A stretch of DNA of 64,000 nucleotides from Eledone cirrhosa (GCA_964016885.1 OZ024740.1:346704001-346768000); one strand, 5' to 3'; counted from the stretch's first letter, positions 29,310 to 43,408 are shown. Made by a program: numbers and translations. The notes: a model not told the origin generated them from the sequence alone.

Positions 29310-30247
29310 ATTTGTGTAATAATATTGCCAGAATTAATAACAGAACACACTCACTGTTTGGTTGGTTTTCGCTACCGGATCTTTTATATCGGTTAATTTA
29401 ATTTATTCGGTCCTCAATGTTACCATTGATTGACCAACGGTCAAAAATACAGATATAATATAGACACAAACACATATATATAGTCTATCAAAATTCTTTC
29501 GTTGCACATCTGCAACATCGTCAGTGGTGCTATTATGTTTCCACCTGTTGTATTGTATGCCTACGCCATCTTTATTTAGTCTGTTTATTTTTTTTTTTTT
29601 TTGTCTTCTCTGCGCACTCGTTGCGTGTGTGTATCGTGTGTATAGTGTGTATAGGCCAGCGAAATAGAACTTAGAAGGCCAAGGCTAAACAGAAAAAATG
29701 AATAGAATAACAACAACACCCAAACAAACAATACTGACCTAAGAGAAATATGAATAAATAAATAAATACATACACAAGCACAATAACAACAAACACATAT
29801 AAACACACACTTGTAAACTAAGATAGAATACAATAACCAATACACAGTCACCCAAACACGAGAACATGCGCAGAGAAGACAATAAAAAAAATTATAAATA
29901 AATAAATAAACAGACTAAATAAAGATGGCGTAGGCATACAATACAGCAGGAGGAAACATAATAGCACCACTGACGATGTTGCAGATGTGCAACGAAAACA
30001 CTTTGTTAGACTATATATATATATGTTTGTGTCTATATATCTGTATTTTTGACCGTTGGTTAGTCAATGGTAACATTGGGGACCGAATAAATTAAATTAA
30101 CCGATATAAAAGACACAGAAGCGAAAACCAACCAAACCGTGAGTGTGTTTTGTTATTAATTCTGGCAATATTATTACACATATATGACCCTCACCAAGTA
30201 TAACGATATTTGTTTCGACACACGATTTCATATAAAAAACCTCACAA

Positions 30248-30251
<4 letters not shown>
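29310..30251 (+). mobile_element. 5'-truncated, inverted-pLTR copy of the PLE at 57950-60293
   Basis: Arms ~29310-29613 and ~29870-30185. The centre starts with the last GIY-YIG codons (ASEIELRRPRLNRKNE) at ~29653. Hammerheads lie at 29488-29528 (-) and 29966-30006 (+). Confidence 0.9.
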
Positions 30252-30340
<89 letters not shown>

Positions 30341-30354
30341 TATAATATATATAT

Positions 30355-30439
<85 letters not shown>

Positions 30440-30521
30440 ATATACATATATATACATATAAACATGTATAGTTACATATACATATATATATATATATATG
30501 TATATATGTATATATATATAG

Positions 30522-31765
30522 AGTAGAATGAAACGAAATTTCATTTCTCCCTCTTAATACGGCACTTACTTAAATGTAAGTATGTATGTATGTATAGGTA
30601 CATACATATATGTATACAGACGTACAGTAATATGTATATATATATATACATACATGCAGACATATATATATATATATATATGTGCACGTATCGGTTTACC
30701 GAACATTTATTATAATGCTGGGTTTGTTTGTCTGTGAACAAACAAACAGCCAGAATTACGCCGTACAGTGTTTAGGCAACAGGACATCTTTTTGTTCAAC
30801 ACTGACACAGGAACGATGTACTAGTTTCAAGCTTATTAGCTATCGTCAGCATCCTATACCTTCCTGCCAGTTGGTTGAACGTCTGAAAGTATATACTTTC
30901 CTTATGCATATTAACGGCTGAGCAGCCTAATTTGCATATCGAGTAAGTTCAGTCGGCCGGGCACACCGAAAATGATAAATGGAATCGAATGAAACGAAAT
31001 TTCATTTCTCACTCTTAGTACGGCACTTACTTAAATGTATGTATGTATGCATGTATACGTACATACATATATGTATACAGACGTACAGTAGTATGTATAA
31101 ATATACATACATGCACACATATATATACGCACGTATCGGTTTACTGAACATTTATTATAATGCTCGGTTTATTTGTTTGTGAACAAACAAACAGCCCGAA
31201 TTACGCCGTACAGTGTTTAGGCAACCACGTCATCTTTTTGTTCAACACTGACACAGGAACGATGTACTAGCTTCAAGCTTATTAGCTATCGTCAGCATCG
31301 TATACCTTCCTGCCAGATGGTTGAAAGTCTGAAAGTATATACTTTCCTTATACATATTAACGGCTGAGCAGCCTAATTTGCATATCGAGTGAGTTCAGTC
31401 GGCCGGGCACACCTAAAACGATAAATGGAATAGAATGAAACGAAATTTCATTTCTATCAGCACTTACTTAAATTTCACAGCACTTACTTAAATTTCGGGC
31501 ACACCGAAAACGATAAATGGAATAGAATGAAACGAAATTTCATTTCTCACTCTTAGTACAGCACTTACTTAAATGTAAGTATGTATGTATGTATACGTAC
31601 ATACATATATGTATACAGACGTACAGTAGTATGTATATATATACATACTCGGGCTGTTTGTTCACAAACAAACAAACCGAGCATTATAATAAATGTTCGA
31701 TAAACCGATACGTGCATATATATATATATGTGTGCATGTATGTATATATATACATACTACTGTAC
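30522..31765 (-). mobile_element. Tandem ~460-bp hammerhead-containing repeats (retrozyme-like) with a terminal inverted segment
   Basis: Units start at ~30523 and ~30981, with partials at ~31430 and ~31520. 31648-31765 is the reverse complement of part of the unit. Confidence 0.85.
30815..30853 (-). ncRNA. Minimal type I hammerhead ribozyme (second copy 31260-31300 has GAAG)
   Basis: gatg CTGACGA t agct-aata-agct t GAAA ctag TA catc. Confidence 0.85.
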
Positions 31766-32426
31766 CTACTTTTTAGCAGTTAAAACTAATGTAGGCAAAA
31801 CATTCCTAGAGCTCCTAGATAAACATTTCCCTAGAACACATAGATACTATAAGATATTTAATAGAAACTGTGTCAAAATTAGCTATTCCTGCGGTCCCCC
31901 TATTAAGTCCTATATCATCAACAAAAAGTCACCTAGAGTACATCAAAATTGCTCCTGTAGAATCAAAAGTGAATGCTCATTACAAGGTAAATGCAACACC
32001 AAAGCCATTGTATATGCGGCTAAAGTGACAACCATCAGCAACAACCATCCAGACACCAGTGAACGATATGTGGGTATGACGCAAGACAAATTCAAACCGC
32101 GTTATTACTCACATGTCGCATCCTTTCGACATCCAGAAAAAAGATTTACAACAGCTCTGGCTAGCAGAATATGGGATTTGAAAGACCAAGGTATCCAATA
32201 TAAATTGGATTGGTCAATTTTGAACCAATCTAAAGAATATGCAAGAGGAACAAGAAAATCCACGCTCTGCATAAATGAAAAATATTGGATCTTGCAAAAT
32301 ATTAAATCACCAAAGACCTTCCTGAACACAAAGACGGAAATGTTCACCAGTTGCCCACACGTGAAATCACACCTGCTTTCCAGCTCATATAAACTTAACA
32401 CACTTTCAGATACTTATCCTCCATAA
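31766..32426 (+). pseudogene. C-terminal linker plus GIY-YIG endonuclease of a Naiad-like PLE (5'-truncated, no RT)
   Basis: KTNVGKTFLELLDKHFP..KIFNRNCVKISYSC..CSCRIKSECSLQGKC..IVYAAKV..YVGMT..FKPRYYSH..LCINEKYWIL..LNTKTEMFTSCPH. The listed ORF start at 31728 falls in microsatellite. Confidence 0.85.
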
Positions 32427-33752
32427 ACTCTTATTATTCTCTTTATAACTACCCTTTCTGATTTACTTTCATTTTTATCCTTATTATTAATTTCATTTTT
32501 ATTTTTATTTTTATTTTTATTTTTATATTTTTTTATTTTTACTTCACATCCACCAATACCCCCCCCCCCTTTATTATCCGATTCACTTAACTAATATCTT
32601 CACTTTCCACTTTTTACTTCCCTATTTTCTTCACTAACTGATTAAACGGGTCACTTGCGTTTTCCACTCCAGATATTTTTTATTTTTATTTTTTATTTTT
32701 TCGCAGCCAATCTTATAATGTTATATTTGTACTTACTTATCCACAAGGTTTTTACACCCTGTATCTATGTGTCTGAACGCCTTAATGTGTGTATACTTTC
32801 TATATATGTACACGAGCGCCTCCGTATGTGTGCGCGCGTGCGTGTATATATATATATATATGTGTATGTATTCATGTCTTTATATCCGATCCGTGTTTTT
32901 ACATCTATGTTTTTTATTTTGTTTTTTTCTACTTCTTTTTTTACATCCTCATTTTTATGCGTGTGCATGCAAACAGGTCAATATGCGTGAGTGTATGTAT
33001 GTGTGTGTGTGTGTGTGTGTGTGTACGTACCGAATGTATGGATGTGTAAGTGTGCGTGTGTATATAAGCATGTATATTTTTGTGTGTGTGTGCGCGAGTG
33101 TGTATACAGTCGCGTGCGTGCGCGTGATTAGATATACATGGGGCGAGGCGTATATACGTATATATATGCATCCTGTGTGTGTAGATGTGCTTGTATACTC
33201 TTTTGTCTGCACGTTTTTTGCGTGTATATATATATATATTTCTTATAGATATACGTTTCTTGTAGATATACGTGTGTGTACGCGTGTACCTTGTTTGTCT
33301 TCTTTTCTTTAATTTTTTCTTTCTAAATTCTTTTCTTTCTAAATTATTGTTCCATTTTTATAAATATATCGAGAATGATACTTTCTTTTAATTATTACAC
33401 TCCCTTACCTCTTTTACTTCCGCATATAAGTATACGTGCGTGCGGGTGTGTTTATACGCGTGCCTTCATATTCTTATAATGTATCTATTACCTTATTTTT
33501 TCTGTGTACCTGCCAAACAGAAAACCACATCATGTCTGTCTGTAGTTACAGATACACAGATACACATGCCCTAACACATATATGTACATCTGTGAGCGTA
33601 TATACATACATATACACACACCTAACTATATTTCTTGAAAGATTTTTATATATTTCATATGGCTATTGTAATTCATTTGTCTATATTTATATAATTTTTT
33701 TTTTTGCTTTTCTTGATGTGACTTTTCAAGTATTTAGCAATGTTTTATATTG

Positions 33753-33822
33753 CCTCGTCTGACGAACGAATGAAGACGTTTCTTTCGTATTCGCCTCATT
33801 CGGGAAACCTCTGGTAATGAGG
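33753..33822 (+). ncRNA. Type I hammerhead ribozyme (3' pLTR of the Naiad-like PLE)
   Basis: cctcgt CTGACGA acgaatga...tcattcgg GAAA cc-tct-gg TA atgagg. Confidence 0.9.
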
Positions 33823-33928
33823 TAATTATATTGTATTGATTTTTATACATTAAATTTTGCTCTGACACTTACATAGAGCACTCTTCACTTCTATGACCTT
33901 TTCTGTTTTCAACGGAAATTTCAATACT

Positions 33929-34012
<84 letters not shown>

Positions 34013-34322
34013 TATATATATATATATATATATACATATATACATATATATACATATATATACATATACATATATTTCTATATGTATATATGTATATATA
34101 TATATATAAATATATATATATATACATATATACATATATATATATATATTTATATATATATATATATATAATAAATAACAAAGAACGCCTATAGCATATG
34201 CATATCTTTACTTGCTAACATTGTTTCATCCGCACTATAAGTGGGACTCATCAGATCATAAAGGTTAATTACATACCACACAAGCAATAACAAATCCAAG
34301 ACATTGAAGAATGAAAAATAAT

Positions 34323-34512
34323 TGTTTCTACTTTTGGCACAAGGCCAGCAATTACCCAGTACATTACTGGTACTTTATTTTATCGACCCCGTAAGGATGA
34401 AAGGCAAAGTTAACCTCGGCGGGATTTGAACTCAGAATGGCAAGGGCCGTAACTCTATGCGTCAAAGCATGGTGTCCGACCCTCTACCGATACTGCCAAT
34501 CCACCGCCCTCC
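34323..34512 (-). mobile_element. tRNA-derived SINE with 18-bp TSD
   Basis: TSD tgaagaatgaaaaataat at 34305-34322 and 34513-34530. Confidence 0.9.
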
Positions 34513-35016
34513 TGAAGAATGAAAAATAATAGGAGATAAAGGATATTAAGGAAGTAAAAGTAAAAATAAAAATAAAAATAAAAATAAAAATAAAAATAAA
34601 AATAAAAATAAAAATAAAATATATTTTCTTATATTTTCTTATATATATTATAAGTCTGTTTTTCACCTATTTTTTACCTACTCTTACCTAATCCTATCTA
34701 TCTTATCTACTCTTGTCTGTTCTCTTATCCATGTGTATGCTTGTATGTAACTATATGTTGACAGCACCCTGCCCAACTGTGACTGATAGCACCCCTTATT
34801 TTTCATTGTTTATTTTATTATTTTTATTTTTATTTTTATTTTTATTTTTATTTTTATTTTTATTTTTATTTTTATTTTTATTTTTATTTTTATTTTTATT
34901 TTTATTTTTATTTTTATTTTTACTTTTACTTCCTTAATATCCTTTATCTCCTATTATTTTTCATTCTTCAATGTCTTGGATTTGTTATAGCTTGTGTGGT
35001 ATGTAATTAACCTGTA

Positions 35017-35062
35017 TGCTCTGATGAGTCCCACTTATAGTGCGGATGAAACAATGTTAGCA
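35017..35062 (+). ncRNA. Minimal type I hammerhead ribozyme
   Basis: tgct CTGATGA gtcc-cacttatagtgc-ggat GAAA caatg TT agca. Confidence 0.8.
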
Positions 35063-35214
35063 AGTAAAGATATGCATATGCTATAGGCGTTCTTTGTTAT
35101 TTATTATATCACGGCTCTGTCCTCAGACATCGAGCTAACCTTATACTGCCTGCTGGATAAGTGGAGTGTTATACACCCCTGATCCTCTCCCTAGTATACT
35201 ATATATATATATAT

Positions 35215-35365
<151 letters not shown>

Positions 35366-36565
35366 CTCAAACAGACAGAAATAGATGGACTAAATCTAAA
35401 GCACACCGAAAACACACAGCTTCACGTCGCACGATCATTTATGTAAACCTGGTACTTCAAAGAACCTGTCATATTTAATGATTTATCAGAAATTTATATA
35501 AACATATAATCATAAACTCTTTCTCTCCCGATGTATGTCAGCGTGTTTGTGTGTGTGTGTGAGTGTATGTGTGCCTGTGTACGTGTGCGTGTGTGCGTGT
35601 ACTGAATCATGAAAGAAATTAAGAGTTTATATCTTTTAGGACTACGGTATAGCGGAAAGACAAAACATTCTTTTTCCATTGAAATATTCCATAAAAAAAT
35701 AGAGGTATGTCTTCTGCTGGTTGCATACTGTATGAATAGGTGGTCAGAAATGCAATCTAGTTGTTATGATATTTGGATACGGGATGTAGCTAATGTGAAA
35801 ATCTCTCAGAAATATTCAAAAGTATGCGACTGGACAAATCCCTAATTTATATTTTAATGACACAGATTTTTGAGGAAAATGGTGCATATATTTTCCATTT
35901 TAGAGCGATGTGGGAAACTGGGGCATAAAATAGCTTTGATGAAAAAAAAAAGAACAAAAAAAAACGTCAATGAATAGTATTTATGTTCATGTTTCTACAT
36001 GTTCTCTTTTATGTCATTTTATTTTCATCGCAACACTACCCATTCGTCCTTGGTATTAAGATATTGATATAAAAGTTTATATTATATTCGATTGAGAATC
36101 ACCGAATGGCTGGGCATAAATGATTCCAAGGCATTGATAATGTTTTGTATTTATAGTACTTACAACTTATCCTGTGAATATTTTATGATTAAAAGGAGAA
36201 CTCTCTGTGTAATTACATATGTATATATTGTTGTTTCTGTCTGTGTCTTTCTCTCTCTACTTTTCTCTCTCGAAATATATATATATGTATCGGCGCACGC
36301 CTTAAAAGTACTTAGTTTTCCGGAATATTTATGTGGTATATGACAGGCTTAGACATTCCCAAAGGGGGGATTTTCTATCTTAAGCGAAAAGACATATGAA
36401 TGTATATATACACACACTCACGCACACACACACATACATATATATATATATGTATACATATATATATGTATATATATGTATCGATCGACTTTCGTCAAAT
36501 TGGACCGAAGAAAAAATGTTTCGTCGGTCTTTCCAGTTACTAATACTATGTGTCAGTCGCAAGAA

Positions 36566-36684
36566 GGAGCAACTTGAAATTAAGTGTCTTGCTCAAGGAC
36601 ATAACGCATCGCCCGGTCCAGGAATCGAACTCACAACCTCAAAATTGTGAATCCAATTCTCTAACCACTCAGCTACACGCCTTC
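36566..36684 (-). mobile_element. tRNA-head fragment of the second SINE family (as 61653)
   Basis: The minus strand reads tagctgagtggttagag..gagttcgattcctggaccggg..ccttgagcaagacac. Confidence 0.8.
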
Positions 36685-37536
36685 ATGTATGGATATATAT
36701 ATATAATATAAGGATGCACGTCAAAAATATCTAACGTCAAAAAGTATATATGTTTACAAACATTTTCTGATGGTAATATTATTATATATTAAAAAATATA
36801 TAGTTTATATGGCCAATAATATGAGGAAAAATGGAAAAATGGAAAATGCTGTAGTGAGTAATAATATGAATTGAGAAGTAATTGGGAAGTAAAAGTTACA
36901 GATTATAGATTAGAAATTAAAAAAGAAAAAAGGAAGAAGGGAAAAAGGATAAAAAGAAGAAAAATAGAGGATCACAACGATATAGAGTGAGTAAATTGTA
37001 TAATATAATATACTGAAATAAGGTAGAAAGATGGGTATATTTGTAAAAGATATAAAAGACTTTGAGAAAAGAAGATTTTAAACTAATTAGGTATTGAGAT
37101 ATTAGCTGTATACTTTTTTTTCGCACATATTATTAAACCCTTCAATATATAAACCTAAATTAATACTATTCCTAATTCCTTTTTCTTCAATAAACATCAA
37201 CATCCATAAACTTCATCTACTTTTAATTTCAAAATCTTTTTAAATTATCTATTAGCTCCCAACGGTTTTTTAATTTCTCTCTGTGAGACAATGTTTTCTC
37301 AGTTGTAAAGGCTATTTCTATCTCTCTATCACCCATTTATCCTCCTCCCTCATCCTTCCTACTTATACTCCACCCCCACCATCCTTTATTTTCCTTCTTC
37401 CTCTTCCTTACCTTTTCCTACCCCCCCCCCCTCATTTTTTTCCCAATCTCATATATCCATCTTACATTATTTTTCATATGTTGATTTAAAACTTCACTGC
37501 TCACAAATGTTTTTTAAGTGTTTTATCATGTCTCCC

Positions 37537-37607
37537 TATTTTATCTGATGACAACGCAGATATCATCCCATGGTGATATTTGTTTTTGAAATGCGCATAA
37601 TAAAATA
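37537..37607 (+). ncRNA. Type I hammerhead ribozyme
   Basis: tattttat CTGATGA caacgcagatatca...tgatatttgttttt GAAA tgcgca TA ataaaata. Stem I is 8 bp and stem III is palindromic. Confidence 0.85.
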
Positions 37608-37715
37608 CTTGGAACTCTTTTAACCATCTTCTGATCTTATATTATATATATATATATATGCATACTTATATTACACATATTCATATTTTTATTAATATTA
37701 TCATTATTATTATTG

Positions 37716-38348
37716 AGCTCAAATTCAGGTGAGGTTAACTTTGCCTTCCATCCTTACAGGTTCGATAACATAAAGTACCGGTAATGCACTGGGGGCTGCT
37801 TGGTCGACTTTCCCCTTCCCATCAAATTGCAGGCCTTTTGCCTAAAGTAGAACCACTTATTATCATTATTGATCTTAAATCACGCCTAGGTTAGCTTTGC
37901 CTTTCATCCTTATGGGATCGATAAATTAAACCACCAGTAATACAATGGGAGCAGTTTAATCGACTTTCCCCTGCCCATTGAATTGCTGGCCTTGTGCCTA
38001 AAGTAGAACCAATTATTGTCATTATTGATCTTAAATCCCGCCTAGGCCTTTCATCCTTACGGGGTCAAATAAATAAAGCACCAGTAATACACTGGGGTCG
38101 ATTTAATCAAGCCCCCTCCTCCAAATTATTGACCTTGTGCCTATACTAGAAATCATTATTAGATTGGCAGTATCGGTAGAGGGTCGGACGCCATACTTTG
38201 ACGCATAGAGTTACGCCCTTGCCATTCTGAGTTCAAATCCCGCCGAGGTTAACTTTGCCTTTCATCCTTGTGGGGTCGATAAAATAAAGTACGAGTAATA
38301 CACAGGGTTAATTGCTGGCCTTGTGCCAAACATTAGAAACAATTATTA
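37716..38348 (+). mobile_element. Head-to-tail cluster of three truncated SINEs plus one near-full SINE
   Basis: Repeated tcaaat..aggttaactttgcctttcatcc..ggtcgataaa..ggccttgtgcc units. The near-full copy is 38161-38348. Confidence 0.85.
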
Positions 38349-39060
38349 TATTGTAATTTCAAATGTGCAGAAATTTACGATCATTTAAGTATGTGTACGT
38401 CTCCGCAGTAAACATCGATTGTTATTCGCCTTGATATTCTTAATAAATAAGTACAATGTTTCAGCTTCCATATGCTTTTGCCAATGAATGGTGAGAGATA
38501 TCAAAAAGTACATGTTTCTAAGAATATATGTTACTATAATATGTCTGTGAATATGTGTTCTCATGGAATTAAGCAAAAAACTTATATTTTCTACTTAAAA
38601 ATTAAATCACATTTAACAAGGGTTTAATAATTATTTCTACTTTTAGCACAAGGCCAGAAATTATATCAGTGCATTACTGTCACTTTATTTTCTCGACACG
38701 GTAAGGATGAAAGGCAAAGTTAACCTCAGATCATAAAGCTGCAAAGCATGGCGTCCGACCCTCGACCGATGCTGCCAGCTTAATAATATAGTACAACAAA
38801 TATGATCCGGTTGATGTTAGTATTGGTCAGGCAAAACATTATCTATCACATAAATGTTCTTATATATTTATATTGCATCTTGGCAATCTATGGTAAGCCA
38901 GTTGAAAATTTTAAAGCAACCGAAATGTTGCAGTAAACTTTTCTATCCTTCACTATCCTTTCACCCTTAACGGGATCTTCTGAAAGATACCGTTAAGGGT
39001 GAAAGCAGCGATTCATTGCTTAAACTTTAATCGGTTATTTTAATAAATACTTGCTCTATG

Positions 39061-39103
<43 letters not shown>

Positions 39104-39156
39104 CCCTTATCGAGCCCGCTTCGCATTTTCGTTTTCACATTTATTATTATTACTAT

Positions 39157-39197
<41 letters not shown>

Positions 39198-39343
39198 AAG
39201 ATTGAAGAGTAATATGGTCGGCTGTACAACAAGGGGCTTAATTTCAGGTATTAGCATTTGTTTCATTGATCAGATGAGTCTAGAGGGCGCTAATCGCTCT
39301 AAGTTGCGTCACTCGTTCTCCAATTCATTATTTACCTAACTAT

Positions 39344-39674
39344 CGGTGGATTGGCAGTATCGGTAGAGGTTCGGACGCCATGCTTTGACGCATAGAGTTA
39401 CGGCCCTTGCCATTCTGAGTTCAAATCCCGCCGAGGTTAACTTTGCCTTTCATCCTTACGGGGTCGATAAAATAAAGTACCAGTAATGTACTGGGTAATT
39501 TTCTGGCCTTGTGCCAATAGTAGAAACAATTATTTACCTAACTATCAGTTCAAATCCCGCCGAGGTTAACTTTGCCTTTCATCCTTACGGGGTCGATAAA
39601 ATAAAGTACCAGTAATGTACTGGGTAATTTTCTGGCCTTCTGCCAATAGTAGAAACAATTATTTACCTAACTAT
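39344..39674 (+). mobile_element. SINE with tandemly duplicated 3' part and 17-bp TSD
   Basis: attatttacctaactat occurs at 39327, 39529 and 39658. Confidence 0.85.
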
Positions 39675-39943
39675 GGAAACATTTTGTTGAGTGAAACAAA
39701 GCCGTACGTTAAAACTATCCACGACACAGAGTACTCACAACCTCTAACTGGATTACCTATAACGATAACTTGTTACCCCATATATATATATATATATATA
39801 TATTAGTTATTGCTCGCACCAAACTGAGGTATATGATTTTTAATGCGATGAAATATCAAGGATGGTTGGTAAATCACTGACGAAGGACTATTTTTATCAT
39901 ATATAAACCCATGTGCAACCACGCAGTATTCTTCTTTCTTCTC

Positions 39944-40013
<70 letters not shown>

Positions 40014-40195
40014 AAAGTATGTCCATAGAATCATTTAGTATGTCCATAGTATGTCCATAGAATCATATATATTTGTGTAGTAAATGTTACCATTAGGGCA
40101 CATGTCCTCCTTGTTCTTTTACGTACTACTGCCTTGGCATTTCGGTGTTTGTTTAGAAGTAGGGTAGCCGTTTTCGGTGAGAAATCTTAGGAATT

Positions 40196-41132
40196 TCATC
40201 AAGCTGTTATGTCTTTTGCCCAAGCTCTCTTTCTGCTGAGGAATTGCTTCGCCAGGCCGAAACTCCTCTATACACTCTGCAGCGCTCCGTGTTACACCCA
40301 GACATCTCTCCTCGCTGACCTCGATACTTGTCTCCGAGCAGCAGTCGAGGAGATATGCAACGTCAAGTTTGACGACATAGGGTGGCAACAGGTCACTTTA
40401 CCACTCAATTATGGCGGCCTAGGCCTCCGGTCCCCGATCTCACTAGCTTTGCCGGGGTATCTTTCGTCGGTAACCTCGTGCCATGTCCACGTCAGCGGGG
40501 TTCTTCGAAACACAACAGAACCCTCTGTGTTCAGAGAACATGAGGCCGCCTGTGAGACGTGGGACCGGCGGGGACTTACCCCAGTAGACGTCCCTACTCC
40601 TTCTCCGCCTGTTGCAATCCAGTGCAGCTTGGCCTCAGACAGGCTCACGCGCCAGCTCGACCAGCACCGCCTTGTTTGTTTTCGTGCGGCCTACAAACCC
40701 CACAGTGGTGCCTAGCTCCATGCCCTGCCCTCCTTCTCCACTGGCACGCAGCTAGACAACCATAGCCTGCGCATCGGCGTTTCCCTGAGTCTCGGCCTCC
40801 GGGTCCGCCAGCCACACCAATGTCGCTGCGGTTCCACCGTGGACTATTTCGCCCTCCACTTGGTGCAGTCTGCGAATGACCCAGGTACTGCTGCACGTCG
40901 GGCTGAGGGGGCCAAACTCCTCAAATACCGGTCGCTCTCCGACAGGTTTGCGGTCGTTCCCCTGGCAGTGGAGACTTCTGGTGTACTCGGCCCCAGGGCT
41001 ACCTCCTTACTCACCACCATAGGCGCTGAGCTGGCCAGCCTCAGGTGTGAGCCCCTTGCCGTCCTCCGGGGAAACGCTTTCTCCATTCTGTCCGCCGGGG
41101 CTGTGGGTGGGCCCCATCGCGTACCGTTGTAG
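40196..41132 (+). mobile_element. CRE-like non-LTR retrotransposon 3' fragment (RT thumb, Zn knuckle, restriction-like endonuclease), internally deleted
   Basis: ALFLLRNCFARPKLLY..WQQVTLPLNYGGLGLR..SGA*LHALP..HQCRCG..AARRAEGAKLLKY..VPLAVETSGVLG. Confidence 0.8.
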
Positions 41133-41289
41133 TTGTTGCATACAGATATTAATTCATCATTCCCATTGTCCTAATCCGGTACAAAAGAGAAATTACGCTC
41201 TAAACTCGCTCTGTTGCGTATCCCGGCAATCTCATCAGTATAACGGCTATTTTGGCTCTGAAGTGTAGAGCGGTGTCATGGTGTATAAA

Positions 41290-41640
41290 AATTAATCTGC
41301 AAACGTCTCTCCTGCGTATTCTGTTATATATATCCCTCGTCTGTGATTCTTAGTGTAAAGTTGAATGGTGTGAGAATCCAATTGTGTCTGGATATTCAGC
41401 CCCAAATATGTTGTGCCTGAATGTTTTAGAAGATGTTGATCCTGACCGCTTTTTCACGGGATGAAATAAGTATAAGATTGTCATAGAGGTACATCGAAAA
41501 GAAGGAGTAAGAGCAGCAGGTGGTGTATGGTGTGCGCTCAAATAGTCCATGTATGTGATGGCTAGCAGGTCTGAGAAACTCGTTCGCAAAGGAAATCCTG
41601 AGATTTGTTTGTATATATAGCCCTCAAACTGGAAAAGTAT
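41290..41640 (-). pseudogene. Highly decayed PLE RT fragment
   Basis: FEGYIYKQISGFPLRTSFSDLLAITYMDYL resembles the 4515-5504 RT. Confidence 0.55.
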
Positions 41641-42645
41641 AAGGCTATATATATGTAAACCAGTACAAACAGTTTAATGGTTGGTTGGTCGGTGACTAAA
41701 CCCCCCCACACACACACACACACACACATACCAGAAACTGGTCTAGCAAGGAGGATAGGTGGAAACCCAGCAGCATAAAAACAAGAGGTGTCAAACAGCG
41801 GATTAAATCCACAGAATCAACGGCCATCCAACCTATCTATGGGATAAATACCCTCATCAACGGGCAATTGGCAAAGCATGTTGAGTTTAAACTCCATACC
41901 AATAACCCATTCGCTCTTCGTCACGGTCTTGTTATCTTGTCTTGGCTTGTAACTGGAAAATAACTGCGAGTATGGATTAGGTGCTATGCGTGTAGCATAA
42001 GCACTTAGCATGACTATATTAATGTGCAAATATTTCACATTTCCTATCCGGTTGAATAATGGCAGCGCGTGCTGACTCGACCTGTTAGAAGCATATTGTC
42101 ACACTTCTACTCACGGATGGCTGGAATCATATCCGAACGTCGATGTTCTGTTGGCCCGAATAAGAACACAATTCATCAGATTCTTGAGCATCCGAGCAGC
42201 CCTTCTTAGGGAAGCAATACTCACCCATATCACATTGGAGTCTAGAAAAGTCTGGCGGGAGTCTAGAAAAGGTGATCTAAAGAAAGCTTGTTCAGCCATC
42301 ATACTGGCCAGCAGCCTGCAGTTGGTGGTGGTTCATAATAGCAGGGAATTCAGTAAAGAGATGACCGTCTTCTTTAGTGGCAGTTATCATATACATAAAA
42401 AGAGAGATAGAGGTGGTGGGCACAGAAACAGACGGATCCAGAGAGAGAACGAGAGAAAAGGAAGGGATAGAGGAATCATGTGGGTAAGTAGAGAACAATT
42501 TTAATCGAACACAATATGGTAAACAGAAACATATGCTACGGATACGAGGATAGGGATTTAAATCCATTTGGGGAACTTTTGACACATCTATATTAATGCA
42601 CATATATATATTTGGATTTGTATATGAACGTATATATATATATAT

Positions 42646-42684
<39 letters not shown>

Positions 42685-43136
42685 TGTATGTATATGAATG
42701 TATGTATTTGCATGTATGTATATGTGCATGCATGAGTATATGGTTTCAGATGCAGGTGTGTAGCTTTGTGTGCGTTGTGTGCCTAGGTGAATGGCAGTTT
42801 GAGTAATGTGATTCGATTGGAGAAGAGACAAAGGTGAGATAGGAAGCCTGTAAAAAATCTACTTATTTCGAGACACATTTATTTTAAACTCGAAAATTTG
42901 AAATGGAACAAATTACAAAAAAGAAAAAAATATGTATTTATGACAAATGTAGTAAACTTTAATACATTCACTTTGCATAGAGAGAAATACAAACTTATGC
43001 AGACATAAATATTTGCACATACATAGATACAAGGATACACAAGCTCACACACATTTGATCAGAGTAGTAAGAACATTCCTTTCCAGATTACACAAACAAA
43101 TAAACAAATATCTCAGTGATACAAAATAATTATATG

Positions 43137-43203
<67 letters not shown>

Positions 43204-43299
43204 TAATTAATTCTGGCAATATTATTACACAAATATGACCCTCCCCACATATACATACATGTATATATATATATATATGTATGTATATATGTATATATA

Positions 43300-43342
<43 letters not shown>

Positions 43343-43355
43343 ATATGTATATATA

Positions 43356-43408
<53 letters not shown>

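Larger units (their letters stand above)
34166..35109. mobile_element. Fold-back element with (AAAAAT)n arms and hammerheads; left arm interrupted by a SINE
   Basis: 34166-34322 plus 34531-34620 is inverted at ~34810-35109. The ribozymes are at 34213-34258 (-) and 35017-35062 (+). Confidence 0.88.

Noticed and set aside
35620-35800. Kinase-like peptide on the minus strand (YPNII...YLYFFMEYFNG)
   Set aside because: It has an in-frame stop, no clear splice sites and no other kinase subdomains nearby, so it is likely chance.
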